Shown piece after piece: positions 29,020 to 38,831 of a DNA stretch of 64,000 nt; the first letter of the stretch is position 1, and the number at the start of each line of letters is the position of its first letter. A program made the position numbers and the translations under genes. The stretch lies in sequence record OZ346187.1. One strand, written 5' to 3'. The notes under the pieces are model-generated. The model saw only the letters and a list, made by a program, of their open reading frames with translations, did not search any database and had not been told where the DNA came from. Source of the stretch: a phage.

Positions 29020-29056
29020 GCTACCTCCTACCTACCATCCCTGGTAAGATAAATTA

Positions 29057-29455
29057 TTACTGAACAGAGCGCGGTGCTGGGAAGGATAACTCTTCTAAAG
29101 AGAAGATTTCATTTCCTACCACCCAAGTTGCTGGGTCATCTGGATCAACAGGTTGGATAATCATTACCTCATCAGCCTCGCACACACGTTTCCCACCCAT
29201 AGTAGCGTCAGCCACTAACATACGCGGCTCTTCAGAAATGCACAGGTAGCCACCTCGGCCCACTGTTCCTTCCACGGGATCCTGCCCTTTGACCACAATG
29301 AATACCTTCTCTCCTGTGGCGATATTACTTTTCACACTAACAGTTTGACCAACTTTAGATGTACCGATCTTGGTGGCTTCAAACATTAAATCCCGAATTA
29401 CTGTTGCATAGTTGCCGGACACTTTCTTACCTTCTTTAGTAATCTCAATCTTCAT
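29057..29455 (-). CDS. hypothetical protein (extended member of small-protein paralog group)
   Basis: MKIEITK start; internal VFIVVKGQDPVEG resembles the family core. Confidence 0.4.
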   Translation of the reverse strand: MKIEITKEGKKVSGNYATVIRDLMFEATKIGTSKVGQTVSVKSNIATGEKVFIVVKGQDPVEGTVGRGGYLCISEEPRMLVADATMGGKRVCEADEVMIIQPVDPDDPATWVVGNEIFSLEELSFPAPRSVQ

Positions 29456-29727
29456 AATCTAGGCTCCTTAAATGAATCTATGTAATCAATTAAATCCCAA
29501 GCATCGCGATGGGCTGTCAGAGGGTATACTTCTCCGAGAGGGATCATAGCAATAAGTCTATCAAAAACCCAGTCTGGACGCAACATTTTATGGTGATATT
29601 CCCACTCACCTTCCACAGATTTTTTCTGAGTTATCAGGATCTCTGTGTAGTGTTTCTCCTGTCTTGAGTAGATTGAAAATGACTTGTACATAAATGACCC
29701 CCTCTTGTTGAAAACAACAATACACAA
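29452..29727 (-). CDS. hypothetical protein
   Basis: 91-aa ORF. Confidence 0.35.
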   Translation of the reverse strand: MCIVVFNKRGSFMYKSFSIYSRQEKHYTEILITQKKSVEGEWEYHHKMLRPDWVFDRLIAMIPLGEVYPLTAHRDAWDLIDYIDSFKEPRL

Positions 29728-30042
29728 CTACCAGGTTACTGTCAAGTAGGCAACCGTATTATTTTTCTCTGGGGAGATGCCAACAACATCTACCTGCAGA
29801 CCTCCTGCCCTTAAATCTCCAACAATGTGAGGGAAGTAATCTGAGAGATGCGAGGGTAGATTTATCGAAAATCCGCACCCCAGAAAGCCTGCTAACGCTT
29901 TATTTTGTATCTCCCCCACAATCGCATCATAAATGGAGTTAAGCTCGTCAGGGAGCGTTACAGGACGTTTTAGCGCTAACTGGTGTAATTTGTCCTTAGC
30001 ACTCATTTTCATTTCAGGTCTACCTCTGGAGGTGCCAACCAC
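29728..30042 (-). CDS. hypothetical protein
   Basis: 104-aa ORF. Confidence 0.35.
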   Translation of the reverse strand: MVGTSRGRPEMKMSAKDKLHQLALKRPVTLPDELNSIYDAIVGEIQNKALAGFLGCGFSINLPSHLSDYFPHIVGDLRAGGLQVDVVGISPEKNNTVAYLTVTW

Positions 30043-30542
30043 ATAAACGGCGGCAAGTCTAAACGGTTTTTCTTATCCCACACAAAATATGCATATGCTT
30101 GCCCGTCAGTTCTGCCGTTTGATTGAAATGATGGACGCTTAGATATTGTGATCACAGTAGTAGGTGCATTATCAAGCCACCATTCAAATCTGGCTTTGCT
30201 TTCCAGAAAATTAAGACGCAAAAGCATAATAACTACGTCAGCATCTTTCAACGCCTTGTCTACAAACTCACGAGCCAGGCTGTATGGTGGGTTGGTGATA
30301 ATACAGTCAACATGGTTGTATTCTGTATTCAGATAGTCAACACCTTCTTGTATTTCTCCCCATGCAGATCCTAACGGCATACGGGAGTAGAACACACCTG
30401 AGGCACTATTCCTGCAAGGCTCTAAGTAGGTCCAGTCTTCTGGGAACGGAATAAGGTCATACAGCCCTTCTGCACACCACTCCGGTGTCACATACTCATC
30501 GTAGGCGTTACGTTGTTCATCAGGTTTTCGAGCACAAGTCAT
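30009..30542 (-). CDS. phage-type N6-adenine DNA methyltransferase (short form)
   Basis: DCIITNPPY catalytic motif (NPPY); YLEPC..SASG upstream; 177 aa. Confidence 0.5.
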   Translation of the reverse strand: MTCARKPDEQRNAYDEYVTPEWCAEGLYDLIPFPEDWTYLEPCRNSASGVFYSRMPLGSAWGEIQEGVDYLNTEYNHVDCIITNPPYSLAREFVDKALKDADVVIMLLRLNFLESKARFEWWLDNAPTTVITISKRPSFQSNGRTDGQAYAYFVWDKKNRLDLPPFMWLAPPEVDLK

Positions 30543-30593
30543 GCAAATCTCCAGATCATAAAAGCCCTCCGAAGAGGGCTTTAGAATTAATGT

Positions 30594-31643
30594 TTAAGCT
30601 TCTTCGACAATTCCTGCACCCAGGATTTTTTCATTGAGCTCTTTTGCTGTTTTAATAATATTGTCCACCAGACGCTTGCGAGTCTTATCTTTTACCTTAA
30701 CCTCTTCACCGCCGTTTAGGGTTGTCTTCAATTGGGACAAAATGTCTTGAAGTTCAACGACAGAGAATCGCTGCAGATCTTCTGAGGTAATCTCACCTAA
30801 GGCAATCTTAACGGTCTCACCACTTTCCATCTGCAGGTTCAGGAACACAGTGTGAACATCACCTTTCGAACCACCAGCTTTTGCAGATTCAACAGCATGA
30901 ACTAACTCATCTAAAGAGGTACACTGGTGAATCTCCGGGAGACCTGCTTCACCTAACACACCTTCTTCATCACCTTTTGCCAGAAGCTTTTTCGGTTTTT
31001 GTCCGTTCTGGATGCGTTGTATGTTACCTTCATCCAGAATGATAGCTCCAGTTCGAGCTGCCAGCTCCTCTCCGTCCAACCACACTTCACCACCAGCTGT
31101 GATGGATGCGATCTCATCTTCTGTCAGCACCCAACCGTAGTATTTTTCGATCAGGCGTTCGAAACGCTTTTTCCAGTAGCTGACCTGAGTATTCATGTTC
31201 ACACCGTTACCATAAGTGCCACCTTGATAGTAGTGGAACATAAATTCTGTGTCCGGAGCCACAGTACGTTCTTTGCAACCCAGCCATAAGATTGTTCCCG
31301 CAGAGCAGCACATCCCTTCCGCATGTGCAACAACGCTTGCCTGAGACTCGCGGAATGCCTGCAGATAAGCCATCGCAATGTGCACGCAACCACCAGGGCT
31401 GTTAATGATCACTCGAATGCTTTCTTCAGGCTGAGCCATACGGATCGTCTGCAGGCGAGACATATGATCCTGCAGGTCTTCCAAATCGTCGATATAAAGA
31501 ACGTGGTCAACAACAGGTGTTGGGTAGCTGTATGTCTCCATAATACCACCCGGCATACCGAACATTTTATTACTCATAGGTTCGAAACCGTTCTGTTTTT
31601 CTTTCATGCCGTGTACCATGGTGCTGCGAGGTGTTAAATTCAT
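30594..31643 (-). CDS. ClpP-like serine peptidase with C-terminal extension
   Basis: INSPGG and GMCCSAG motifs resemble the ClpP/S14 core; 349 aa. Confidence 0.45.
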   Translation of the reverse strand: MNLTPRSTMVHGMKEKQNGFEPMSNKMFGMPGGIMETYSYPTPVVDHVLYIDDLEDLQDHMSRLQTIRMAQPEESIRVIINSPGGCVHIAMAYLQAFRESQASVVAHAEGMCCSAGTILWLGCKERTVAPDTEFMFHYYQGGTYGNGVNMNTQVSYWKKRFERLIEKYYGWVLTEDEIASITAGGEVWLDGEELAARTGAIILDEGNIQRIQNGQKPKKLLAKGDEEGVLGEAGLPEIHQCTSLDELVHAVESAKAGGSKGDVHTVFLNLQMESGETVKIALGEITSEDLQRFSVVELQDILSQLKTTLNGGEEVKVKDKTRKRLVDNIIKTAKELNEKILGAGIVEEA

Positions 31644-31703
31644 GAGAAATCCTTAATATTGGAAGTTGAAAGCTATTTATTTAAACCTGATTCACATTTA
31701 CCT

Positions 31704-32015
31704 TTATTTAGCAATCACTAGTGAATACTTACGATTGTCAGAAGCATCACAGCTCAATGATTGCCAGTCTACCACATACCACGTATCATTGTCAACAATT
31801 ACTTTATCGCCTGTTCTGTAGCAGGTACTGCTTTCAATAATCCGAGACTCGATAAAGAATCTGTGTCGGCGCTCACGTAGCAACGCTAAGTTGATTATAT
31901 TACCACCGCTGTCCTTGATCCACACATTCTTGGATCCTTTATTTGCCAAAATTGTCTCGCCGTTGTAGACAAACAGGCAGTATATTTTATTCAGTTTCTC
32001 TTGTATTGTAGCCAT
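31704..32015 (-). CDS. hypothetical protein
   Basis: 103-aa ORF. Confidence 0.4.
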   Translation of the reverse strand: MATIQEKLNKIYCLFVYNGETILANKGSKNVWIKDSGGNIINLALLRERRHRFFIESRIIESSTCYRTGDKVIVDNDTWYVVDWQSLSCDASDNRKYSLVIAK

Positions 32016-32116
32016 ACTGTCCTTCTCTCTGTTTTGTCCGATAATAATATCTAAAGCTTACCTATTTGTCAACAACTGTTTTAGATATTTAAGGGTGGAA
32101 TAACCACCCTTCTGTA

Positions 32117-32905
32117 TTACTCGGAAACAGGGGTCCAAATATGGTTTGCACGATCCTCAATAAGATTGAGTGCGATCTGACGACCCAACCCGGAACGAAC
32201 GACATCGTCTGGACTATCAAAGCTGATCATTCCAACCTCAGGATCTGGATGACGAGTAAAGAAATCCGTCACCCATGCAAGGCCAGATTTACCAGGGATG
32301 TCACGTTGGCTATTATCACCCATAATTACAAGGGTGGCCTGATCAGAGATCCTTGTGATAATTGACAACATTTCTTCAGGGTTAGTTTGCTGTGCCTCGT
32401 CAATCAGGACAAAGCATCGCTCATCGAAACTACGACCACGAATGCTTTCAACTTCACAAATCTCGATACGACTGTTCTGACCGTCTCCCAGCATTGCGGC
32501 AAAAGCACCTTTGCCAACACGACGACAAATCGTGTCCATCATGCTTCGAAGATAGGGCCACAGTTTCTGCATTGCATTTCCGGGTTTAAATCCTGAAGTC
32601 TTTCCTGTCTGGACGTAAGGACGTGCAACAATGATCTTATCAATCTCGTTCTTACGCAGAAGATCACCTGCATATGCAGATGCCATAAATGTCTTACCGG
32701 ATCCAAACACACCGTTTACAATAATAATCTTACGTGACCCCAGATAATCAAGATACTTTTGCTGCTTCTTATTCATTGGTCGGAGAGCTGGAGCGGTGTG
32801 CTCTCTTTCGTCAGCAAATTTCTCAGCAGCCTTACGCAGGCGATCAGATTTGCGAGCCTCTCTAGCTTCATCACGCATGCGTTTTGTTTCTTTAGCTCGA
32901 CCCAT
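32117..32905 (-). CDS. phoH: PhoH-like ATPase
   Basis: Walker A GVFGSGKT; overall PhoH-like organisation. Confidence 0.7.
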   Translation of the reverse strand: MGRAKETKRMRDEAREARKSDRLRKAAEKFADEREHTAPALRPMNKKQQKYLDYLGSRKIIIVNGVFGSGKTFMASAYAGDLLRKNEIDKIIVARPYVQTGKTSGFKPGNAMQKLWPYLRSMMDTICRRVGKGAFAAMLGDGQNSRIEICEVESIRGRSFDERCFVLIDEAQQTNPEEMLSIITRISDQATLVIMGDNSQRDIPGKSGLAWVTDFFTRHPDPEVGMISFDSPDDVVRSGLGRQIALNLIEDRANHIWTPVSE

Positions 32906-32943
32906 GTTGGGACTCCTTTCAGATTGAGATGTGCCAAGTACTT

Positions 32944-33294
32944 TTACTGCAACAGTTTTTCAATAGCCGCTTCCATGCTGCTTGCAACAGCCTGAACTCG
33001 GATATTCATCTCTTCTTGGTGGATCAGCTCCTTAAGCTCTTTAATGGTAAATTCTTTAGAGAAACCTTCCACCATAATCTTGTGCAAGGCTTCTTGCGTG
33101 TCTACTTGCAAGAACTTTTCCAGTTTGTTGGCAGAGGCTTCTAAATCAGCCCGAATACGAGGGTCATCTGTGCGATTCAGCATTAGGCGTAAGCCATCAA
33201 GATTAGTAGAAATAGCATCTGCATGTTGAGTAACTAACCGTGGCAAAATGAGGTCTACAAACTTATTAGCCAAATCGATACGTTCTTGTGTCAC
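32944..33294 (-). CDS. hypothetical protein
   Basis: 116-aa ORF. Confidence 0.4.
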   Translation of the reverse strand: MTQERIDLANKFVDLILPRLVTQHADAISTNLDGLRLMLNRTDDPRIRADLEASANKLEKFLQVDTQEALHKIMVEGFSKEFTIKELKELIHQEEMNIRVQAVASSMEAAIEKLLQ

Positions 33295-33434
33295 TGTTGC
33301 ACCCCCTCTTCATCTTCATGATGTTTCTTTTCACGCTTGTGTTTTTTCTTAAGCTCAAGCGCAATCTCTTTTCTTGTACGCCTTCTTCAAGGCTTTTTTA
33401 GCCATTTGGCACCTCCTCTGCTTTCATTACGCTA

Positions 33435-33464
33435 ATTATAACCAACTTAACAAAACTTTGTCAA
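33435..33464 (-). promoter_or_regulatory. sigma70-type promoter (minus strand)
   Basis: Reverse complement reads TTGACA, ~18-bp spacer, TATAAT. Confidence 0.4.
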
Positions 33465-33467
33465 CAA

Positions 33468-33941
33468 TTAGTCAACCTGAACCCAACCACCTGCTGCCTT
33501 TTTAAACATTCTTTGGTTATCACTACCTCTGAAGGGTTTTTTGGTTGGGTTATCTTTTTCGTACTTACCATCCATAATGTAATCGACACTATCTTTAATG
33601 TAATCGGGAACCTCTTCAAACAAATACCCTGTGTACACCCAGATAGTTTTTGTGTTGCCGAAGTGTTCACGGATAGCGCTAATGATCGAGTACATACCCT
33701 CAATATTGTAAGGCGCTAAAGGTTCGCCACCGCATAATGTAACGCCAGTAATGTGTTTCGGCTCTATAGAGTGAAGTATACTCTCAATAGTGTCATTTGT
33801 TAACGGTTCCCCTTTAGCTGGTGACCAAACACTTTTGTTTTGGCAACCGACGCAGTGATGTGGGCAACCAGAACAGAACACCGTTGTCCTAATGCCTGGG
33901 CCGTCAACCATGCTACACTCTATAATATTAACAACATTCAT
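33468..33941 (-). CDS. nrdG: anaerobic ribonucleotide reductase activating protein (radical SAM)
   Basis: Cys cluster CPHHCVGC with preceding CSG; ~157 aa; adjacent to nrdD. Confidence 0.7.
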   Translation of the reverse strand: MNVVNIIECSMVDGPGIRTTVFCSGCPHHCVGCQNKSVWSPAKGEPLTNDTIESILHSIEPKHITGVTLCGGEPLAPYNIEGMYSIISAIREHFGNTKTIWVYTGYLFEEVPDYIKDSVDYIMDGKYEKDNPTKKPFRGSDNQRMFKKAAGGWVQVD

Positions 33942-34174
33942 TCCTTATCCTCTTTTAGGTAAGGATATTCAGGCCCACAATAAGCTCTATCCAAGAAAAC
34001 AGCTTCTTCCCCTCTGGAATCAGTAGATCTATAATACCCATCACCATGGTAACTAACGAACCAGTGGCACCCATCATCGCTTTCTACTGTTGTGGCTCTG
34101 TCCGAATGAAAGATAATTTCGTAATCCTTACCGAATGTAAACCATCTGTTAGCTTTTACACAGACACCTATCAT
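33938..34174 (-). CDS. hypothetical protein
   Basis: 78-aa ORF. Confidence 0.35.
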   Translation of the reverse strand: MIGVCVKANRWFTFGKDYEIIFHSDRATTVESDDGCHWFVSYHGDGYYRSTDSRGEEAVFLDRAYCGPEYPYLKEDKE

Positions 34175-34505
34175 AAGGAACCTCTCTTCTGTGGTGTGCT
34201 TCTATTCAAGATAAACCTATAAAAGTCCATTTGATGAAGCCGTATAACTTTTTATACTTACGCTTCAGTGCTAACAATTTTATCTTGATTTTCTTGATAG
34301 ATTCCCGCATTTCGACCCCTTATGCTTATAAGTACTCCGCATCGCATTCAGGGCAATGCCAAATAAAATCGTCCAGTGCCTTGCACCAACGAAGATTGCA
34401 ACGACAACCACACTTGCAAATTTTATAAATACCTTTAGACATACTGTACCCCCCAGCTCACTGTGTGTCAATAATATGCCACATCCTTGTGGCTTTTGTC
34501 AAGTA

Positions 34506-35768
34506 TCAGCAACTACAACTTCCATAGTGCTTAACTCGCTCGATAACTTCCGCTTGCTTACCTTTATTGTAAGGACGGGAGTTAGGACTGGAAAGGTATC
34601 CAGACACACGTCGAATTACACTGATCGTTCCCTCTTCATGGTTTCCACACTCTGGGCATACAAAGCCTTTAGCTGTTGCACTGAACTCACCAGAGAAACC
34701 ACACTTGAGACATTTATCCACAGGTTGGTTAATACCAAAATACATAATATGTTTATACCCGAAGTCAACAAGAGCCTCTAAAGCATCCAGGTTGTTTTTC
34801 AGGTTAGGTGTCTCTACGTATCCAATGTTGCCACCAGAGGAGATCATAGCAAAACCTTCCTCATACTCCCACTTATCAAAAGGAGAGCTATTTATCCACA
34901 CTGGCTGATGGAAACTGTTGGTGAGATATTCATGCTCGTGCTTTAACACTTCTGGATATTCACGATCCAGACAGGTTGCAGCTTTATAGCATAGACTCTC
35001 AGAAGGAGTGCCGTACAAGCTAAATGCTAGTCTACTTTCCTTCTTGTATCGCTCACAAGCATCTCTCATGTGCTGAAGGATTCCAAGAGCTAAAGCCTTG
35101 TCACCTTCTCTGCCCAAAATCTGACAGGTTTCATACACACCAATATACCCAATACTGATGGAAGCGTACCCGTCATAGAAGAGTTTATCAATACTTTCTT
35201 CGGGATCCAGGCGAGCAAGAGCGCCTTCACACCACATGATGGGGTTCTGCCCTGCCTTTGTTCCTTTTAGACGGTTAACCCTTACAAGGTGAGCCTCGTA
35301 TGCAAGATCCAAGTATTCGTCAAGAACTGCAAAGAAATCAACACATTCCGTCTTAGCTTTTGCCGCAATCATTGGCAGGTTAAGGCTAACAACACCCAAG
35401 TTGAATCTGCCGAGGTATTTCTCCTCACCTGTTTCCAAGTCATTGTATTTGCTAAGAAAACTCCGGCAACCCATACTCGTTACTTTGCCATCTGTCGAGC
35501 CTGTCACTTTACGATTTAGTGGAACAGAAACAAAGTCAGGATAAATCCGCTCTGCAGAGCATTCCAGAGCTAATCGTTTCAAATCATAGTTAGGATCTCC
35601 GGGGTTCATGTTGACACCCTCTTCTAGGAAGAACAGCACTTTAGGGAACACAGGTGTGATACGTTCTTCACCAAGACCCATTTTGTGGACTTTCAAGTAA
35701 TTTTTGGTAATCATTCTACCAAAGACCGAGGTATCCAGTCCTAAACTTAATGTGATGAATGGAGTCTG
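34506..35768 (-). CDS. nrdD: anaerobic ribonucleotide reductase NrdD, exon 2
   Basis: Frame is open upstream of the ATG to 35768; starts QTPFITLSLG...; C-terminal glycyl-radical-like RRVSGYL and Cys pairs. Confidence 0.7.
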   Translation of the reverse strand, partial: QTPFITLSLGLDTSVFGRMITKNYLKVHKMGLGEERITPVFPKVLFFLEEGVNMNPGDPNYDLKRLALECSAERIYPDFVSVPLNRKVTGSTDGKVTSMGCRSFLSKYNDLETGEEKYLGRFNLGVVSLNLPMIAAKAKTECVDFFAVLDEYLDLAYEAHLVRVNRLKGTKAGQNPIMWCEGALARLDPEESIDKLFYDGYASISIGYIGVYETCQILGREGDKALALGILQHMRDACERYKKESRLAFSLYGTPSESLCYKAATCLDREYPEVLKHEHEYLTNSFHQPVWINSSPFDKWEYEEGFAMISSGGNIGYVETPNLKNNLDALEALVDFGYKHIMYFGINQPVDKCLKCGFSGEFSATAKGFVCPECGNHEEGTISVIRRVSGYLSSPNSRPYNKGKQAEVIERVKHYGSCSC

Positions 35769-36565
35769 CTGTCTCCTCCCTGTGTTTCCACAGGGCCAGA
35801 CTATCTATTACTCTACTTCAATAAGATAATAACCCTTTATTGTGAGATGCTTACCTTCGGCATTTCCTTCGATAGCCCTGTGAACGTTACCTACGTTCAA
35901 ATTTAAGGCTTTTGCACAGGCGTAGAGTGAAGGATATTCACCCACCAAGATTTTCCCTTTGTATGCCTGCACTTTCCTATAGCACTTACCTGGACAAAGT
36001 CCTGTTCGGAAAGCATGTCTCTTATTATCTTCCGGCAAAACCCACTCTAGGTTAGACGGATGATCATTCAATGTATTGCCATCTTTATGATTCACTTCCC
36101 AGTTTTCAGGGTCTTCTGGGACATCTGGCAAACAATACAAGGCAACAACCCTTGAGGTTTGGATTCGAATCTTTTTACCTTTGTGGTTGAAAGAGTACAT
36201 ATAACGGCGTTTAACATGCTTATTACCTTTTCCATAACCTCCCCACAATATTGGGTGCAGCATTCCACGTTTTCCGTATACGTTTCCAACTTCATCAATC
36301 ACATAGTTTGATTCTTCACCATTAAGAATGATCTTTTTCATAGAGCCTCTCCATTTCGAAGTTAGTATTTCAACTAACCCCTACACTACTTGGTTCAGAA
36401 ATGTTTGTCAAGCATCTCTGCCTTTCGTTAGTCGTTACAACCGTTCCAACTCCTGTAAGAACTAGTCACGGGATTGGCATAGCTTTCGCCTTAGCGTTCC
36501 CCGTTAGCCGGATTTACCGACCCCTCTTATGAGGTTAGGAGAGTTTTACAACGGCCAGTTTGTTA
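35769..36565 (-). mobile_element. group I intron in nrdD carrying an HNH homing endonuclease gene
   Basis: On minus-strand RNA the exon 1 end AACGGU pairs with GCCGUU 8-13 nt into the intron (P1, U.G at the splice site); Q-like AAUCCGGCU, R-like GUUGUAACGACUAAC, S-like AUAGAUAGUCU overlapping the HEG stop; CCCUGUGG-AAAC-ACAGGG hairpin; intron ends in G; splicing gives ...SVNG|QTPF... in frame. Confidence 0.7.
35808..36341 (-). CDS. HNH homing endonuclease (intron-encoded)
   Basis: NHKDGNTLNDHPSNLEW HNH motif; 177 aa; lies inside the nrdD intron. Confidence 0.7.
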   Translation of the reverse strand: MKKIILNGEESNYVIDEVGNVYGKRGMLHPILWGGYGKGNKHVKRRYMYSFNHKGKKIRIQTSRVVALYCLPDVPEDPENWEVNHKDGNTLNDHPSNLEWVLPEDNKRHAFRTGLCPGKCYRKVQAYKGKILVGEYPSLYACAKALNLNVGNVHRAIEGNAEGKHLTIKGYYLIEVE

Positions 36566-37426
36566 ACCGTTGACAGAAGTTAACGTATTGATTTGATAGA
36601 GCAAAGTCTGCATGCTGTCAAATACGTCTTTATCTGTCATTTGCATTGCAACAGTCTCAGCATCTGGCAACCAATGTTCCTGGCAAAATTTAAGGTTCTT
36701 CTCATAAGTCGCCTCAGCATACTGTGCCAAATAATGGTCAATATGGCTCATAGTCTGACCCCCATATTGAGCACTAGCTACTGCACTAGAGATTTGGCTA
36801 AGGATTGTTGTTGCAACCCCTATTGACTTCGGCTTACTGACATGGGCGTTACCAATGTTGAATCCGTTTTCCAACATATCTGGATAATTTACCAAACAAC
36901 AGTTTGTTAACGGACTGATCAAGTAGTCAAGATCATGCACATGGATGAAGCCTTTATTGTGCTCTTCTGAGACACGGTCTGGCAGGATCTGTGTTGATGC
37001 AAGGTGTTTGCTAAGGATGCCTGCAAGCAGGTCACGATGAGTGTGTACATGATTGGTAGGCTTATTTGCGTTTTCTTTTGTAAATTCATCACAAGTTCGA
37101 TCCAAGAAGCCACTAATATCTGCAAGCAGTTTTCCACCTGCCTCTCTGTTATTATCTCTTGTCTGTCTATACTGGATGTATTCTCTGGCTGCACATTTTA
37201 AACCCATATCCATAAGAGCATCTTCAACAAGGATATGGATATTTTTTACAGAGATCGTGCACTGGTCGGTTGGTAGATTGTTAGCAACAACTTCATTAAC
37301 CGCACAAGCGATCCGGTAAGCTTCTTCTTCAGTATGTCCAGACTCAAGTAAGGCGGACTCTGCCGCCTTGATCACCTTAATTCCGTTATAGACCTCTTCT
37401 CTACCGTCCCGTTTTACAACTTTCAC
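36566..37426 (-). CDS. nrdD: anaerobic ribonucleotide reductase NrdD, exon 1 (ATP-cone, N-terminal)
   Basis: N-terminal ATP-cone-like MKVVKRDGREEVYNGIKV; ends ...SVNG at the proposed 5' splice site; ORF stop 36563-36565 is intronic. Confidence 0.7.
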
Positions 37427-37701
37427 TTTTTCTCTCCAAAACCATTCTTAACAAAAGAGATGAAATCGTCGGCACCGCCTATATGGACACTTTCAAGATT
37501 GCTTTCTAAGAAGATCTGCGGCAACGTTCTGGGGACAATTGGACTACACTTCTCAATAAGCTCTTCTTTTGTGTAGCCCTCGCCAAGTGTCTTATATACA
37601 AAAGGCAGACCTTTGCTGATTGCAAATTCTTTTGCTCTGACACAGTGTGGGCAGTTATCCTTACCGTAAATGATGATGAAAAAAGATTTTTCGCAGCTCA
37701 T
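37423..37701 (-). CDS. glutaredoxin-like protein
   Basis: CPHC active-site motif in IYGKDNCPHCVRAKEF; 92 aa. Confidence 0.65.
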   Translation of the reverse strand: MSCEKSFFIIIYGKDNCPHCVRAKEFAISKGLPFVYKTLGEGYTKEELIEKCSPIVPRTLPQIFLESNLESVHIGGADDFISFVKNGFGEKK

Positions 37702-37704
37702 ATA

Positions 37705-38793
37705 TTAAAACTCCCAAATTTCTTCTTCAGCGTCGTTAACAGTTGTGTTGACGCGGTAGTCAGTGTTCGACATTTCTTGGTTCGCCGTCTGTTGCAATGA
37801 AGGTTTCATCCACACCTGCATAAACGGTAGCGGGTCCTTTGTTGGCGGCACAAAGTCTTTGTCGATGTCGTAGTAATCATAAATCGGTGAGCAGTTATAG
37901 TCAACCCATTCTTTAAGCAACGGTGAGTTAAGACCTATAATCGCTCTTCCTTCGCTGAAAATATAGTCACTCCAACCGTACTCTTTGGTTCGCACTTCAT
38001 CAAGAATCTCTTTTAACTCCCCTTTTATCTCAAGGAAGCTTTTCTCCCATGCGGGATCATTAAGCAGGATATCAATGATGGCAAAATCACCTTTCGAATG
38101 TAGCATTTCGTCAAGCATGATTTTTTGAACAAGCTGCGCCACCTGAACAAAGATACCCTGTTCAGCTACTGCGAAAGTGCATGCAAAACTTGCAATAAAC
38201 TCAATACTTTCCAGAGCTAAAAGTGCAAAAAGCGCTCTAAGAATGCATTTCCGCACAACATCTTCTTCAACACTAGAAGGATCCAGTCGGTATTTTGCAC
38301 CAATAACCTCAAGCTCTTGCATGTATTTGACAATAACGCCGGATCTGCTCAGAACGTTTTGGTTTTCCTGAATCTCTTCTATAATCTCACGGGCATTGGG
38401 GAGGCATTGTCTAACAATCTCTGAGTAAGTTAGTGCGTGAAGAACTTCAATCTCCGACTGTTTCATCAATAGAGTGAAAAGCTCACTATTAGTGATGAAT
38501 GGTGAAAAGAGGCAGATGATCGATCTTGCCGCAACGCTATCAGCCTCCCATTGCCACATCAAGGTCTGAACCATCACATCATAAGTTGACTTTGAGCATG
38601 TTACAAAATCTGAAATAGATTGCGACAAATCCACTTCATCCTCTGCCCAGTCTTGTTCTTTTTGTTTTTTGTACAGTTCGAACAGTTGTGGATATTTTTT
38701 GTTGATAGAGTCGTACATACCCATTTGCTGTCCCAGAAACAGCGGATAGTCACCAGTTTTATGAGCGGTGTTCTCAGCATTAAATACAGCCAT
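37705..38793 (-). CDS. nrdB: ribonucleotide reductase small subunit (class I)
   Basis: Ferritin-like RNR beta pattern; start taken at MAVFNAENT (ATG 38793) after GAGGTAG RBS; ORF track extends to 38853. Confidence 0.75.
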   Translation of the reverse strand: MAVFNAENTAHKTGDYPLFLGQQMGMYDSINKKYPQLFELYKKQKEQDWAEDEVDLSQSISDFVTCSKSTYDVMVQTLMWQWEADSVAARSIICLFSPFITNSELFTLLMKQSEIEVLHALTYSEIVRQCLPNAREIIEEIQENQNVLSRSGVIVKYMQELEVIGAKYRLDPSSVEEDVVRKCILRALFALLALESIEFIASFACTFAVAEQGIFVQVAQLVQKIMLDEMLHSKGDFAIIDILLNDPAWEKSFLEIKGELKEILDEVRTKEYGWSDYIFSEGRAIIGLNSPLLKEWVDYNCSPIYDYYDIDKDFVPPTKDPLPFMQVWMKPSLQQTANQEMSNTDYRVNTTVNDAEEEIWEF

Positions 38794-38805
38794 TATTCTA
38801 CCTCT

Positions 38806-38830
38806 AAAATGGGGCCGAAGCCCCTTTAAA
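38806..38830 (-). terminator. intergenic hairpin between nrdA and nrdB
   Basis: GGGGC-TTCG-GCCCC hairpin followed by ATTTT on the minus strand. Confidence 0.45.
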
Positions 38831-38831
38831 A

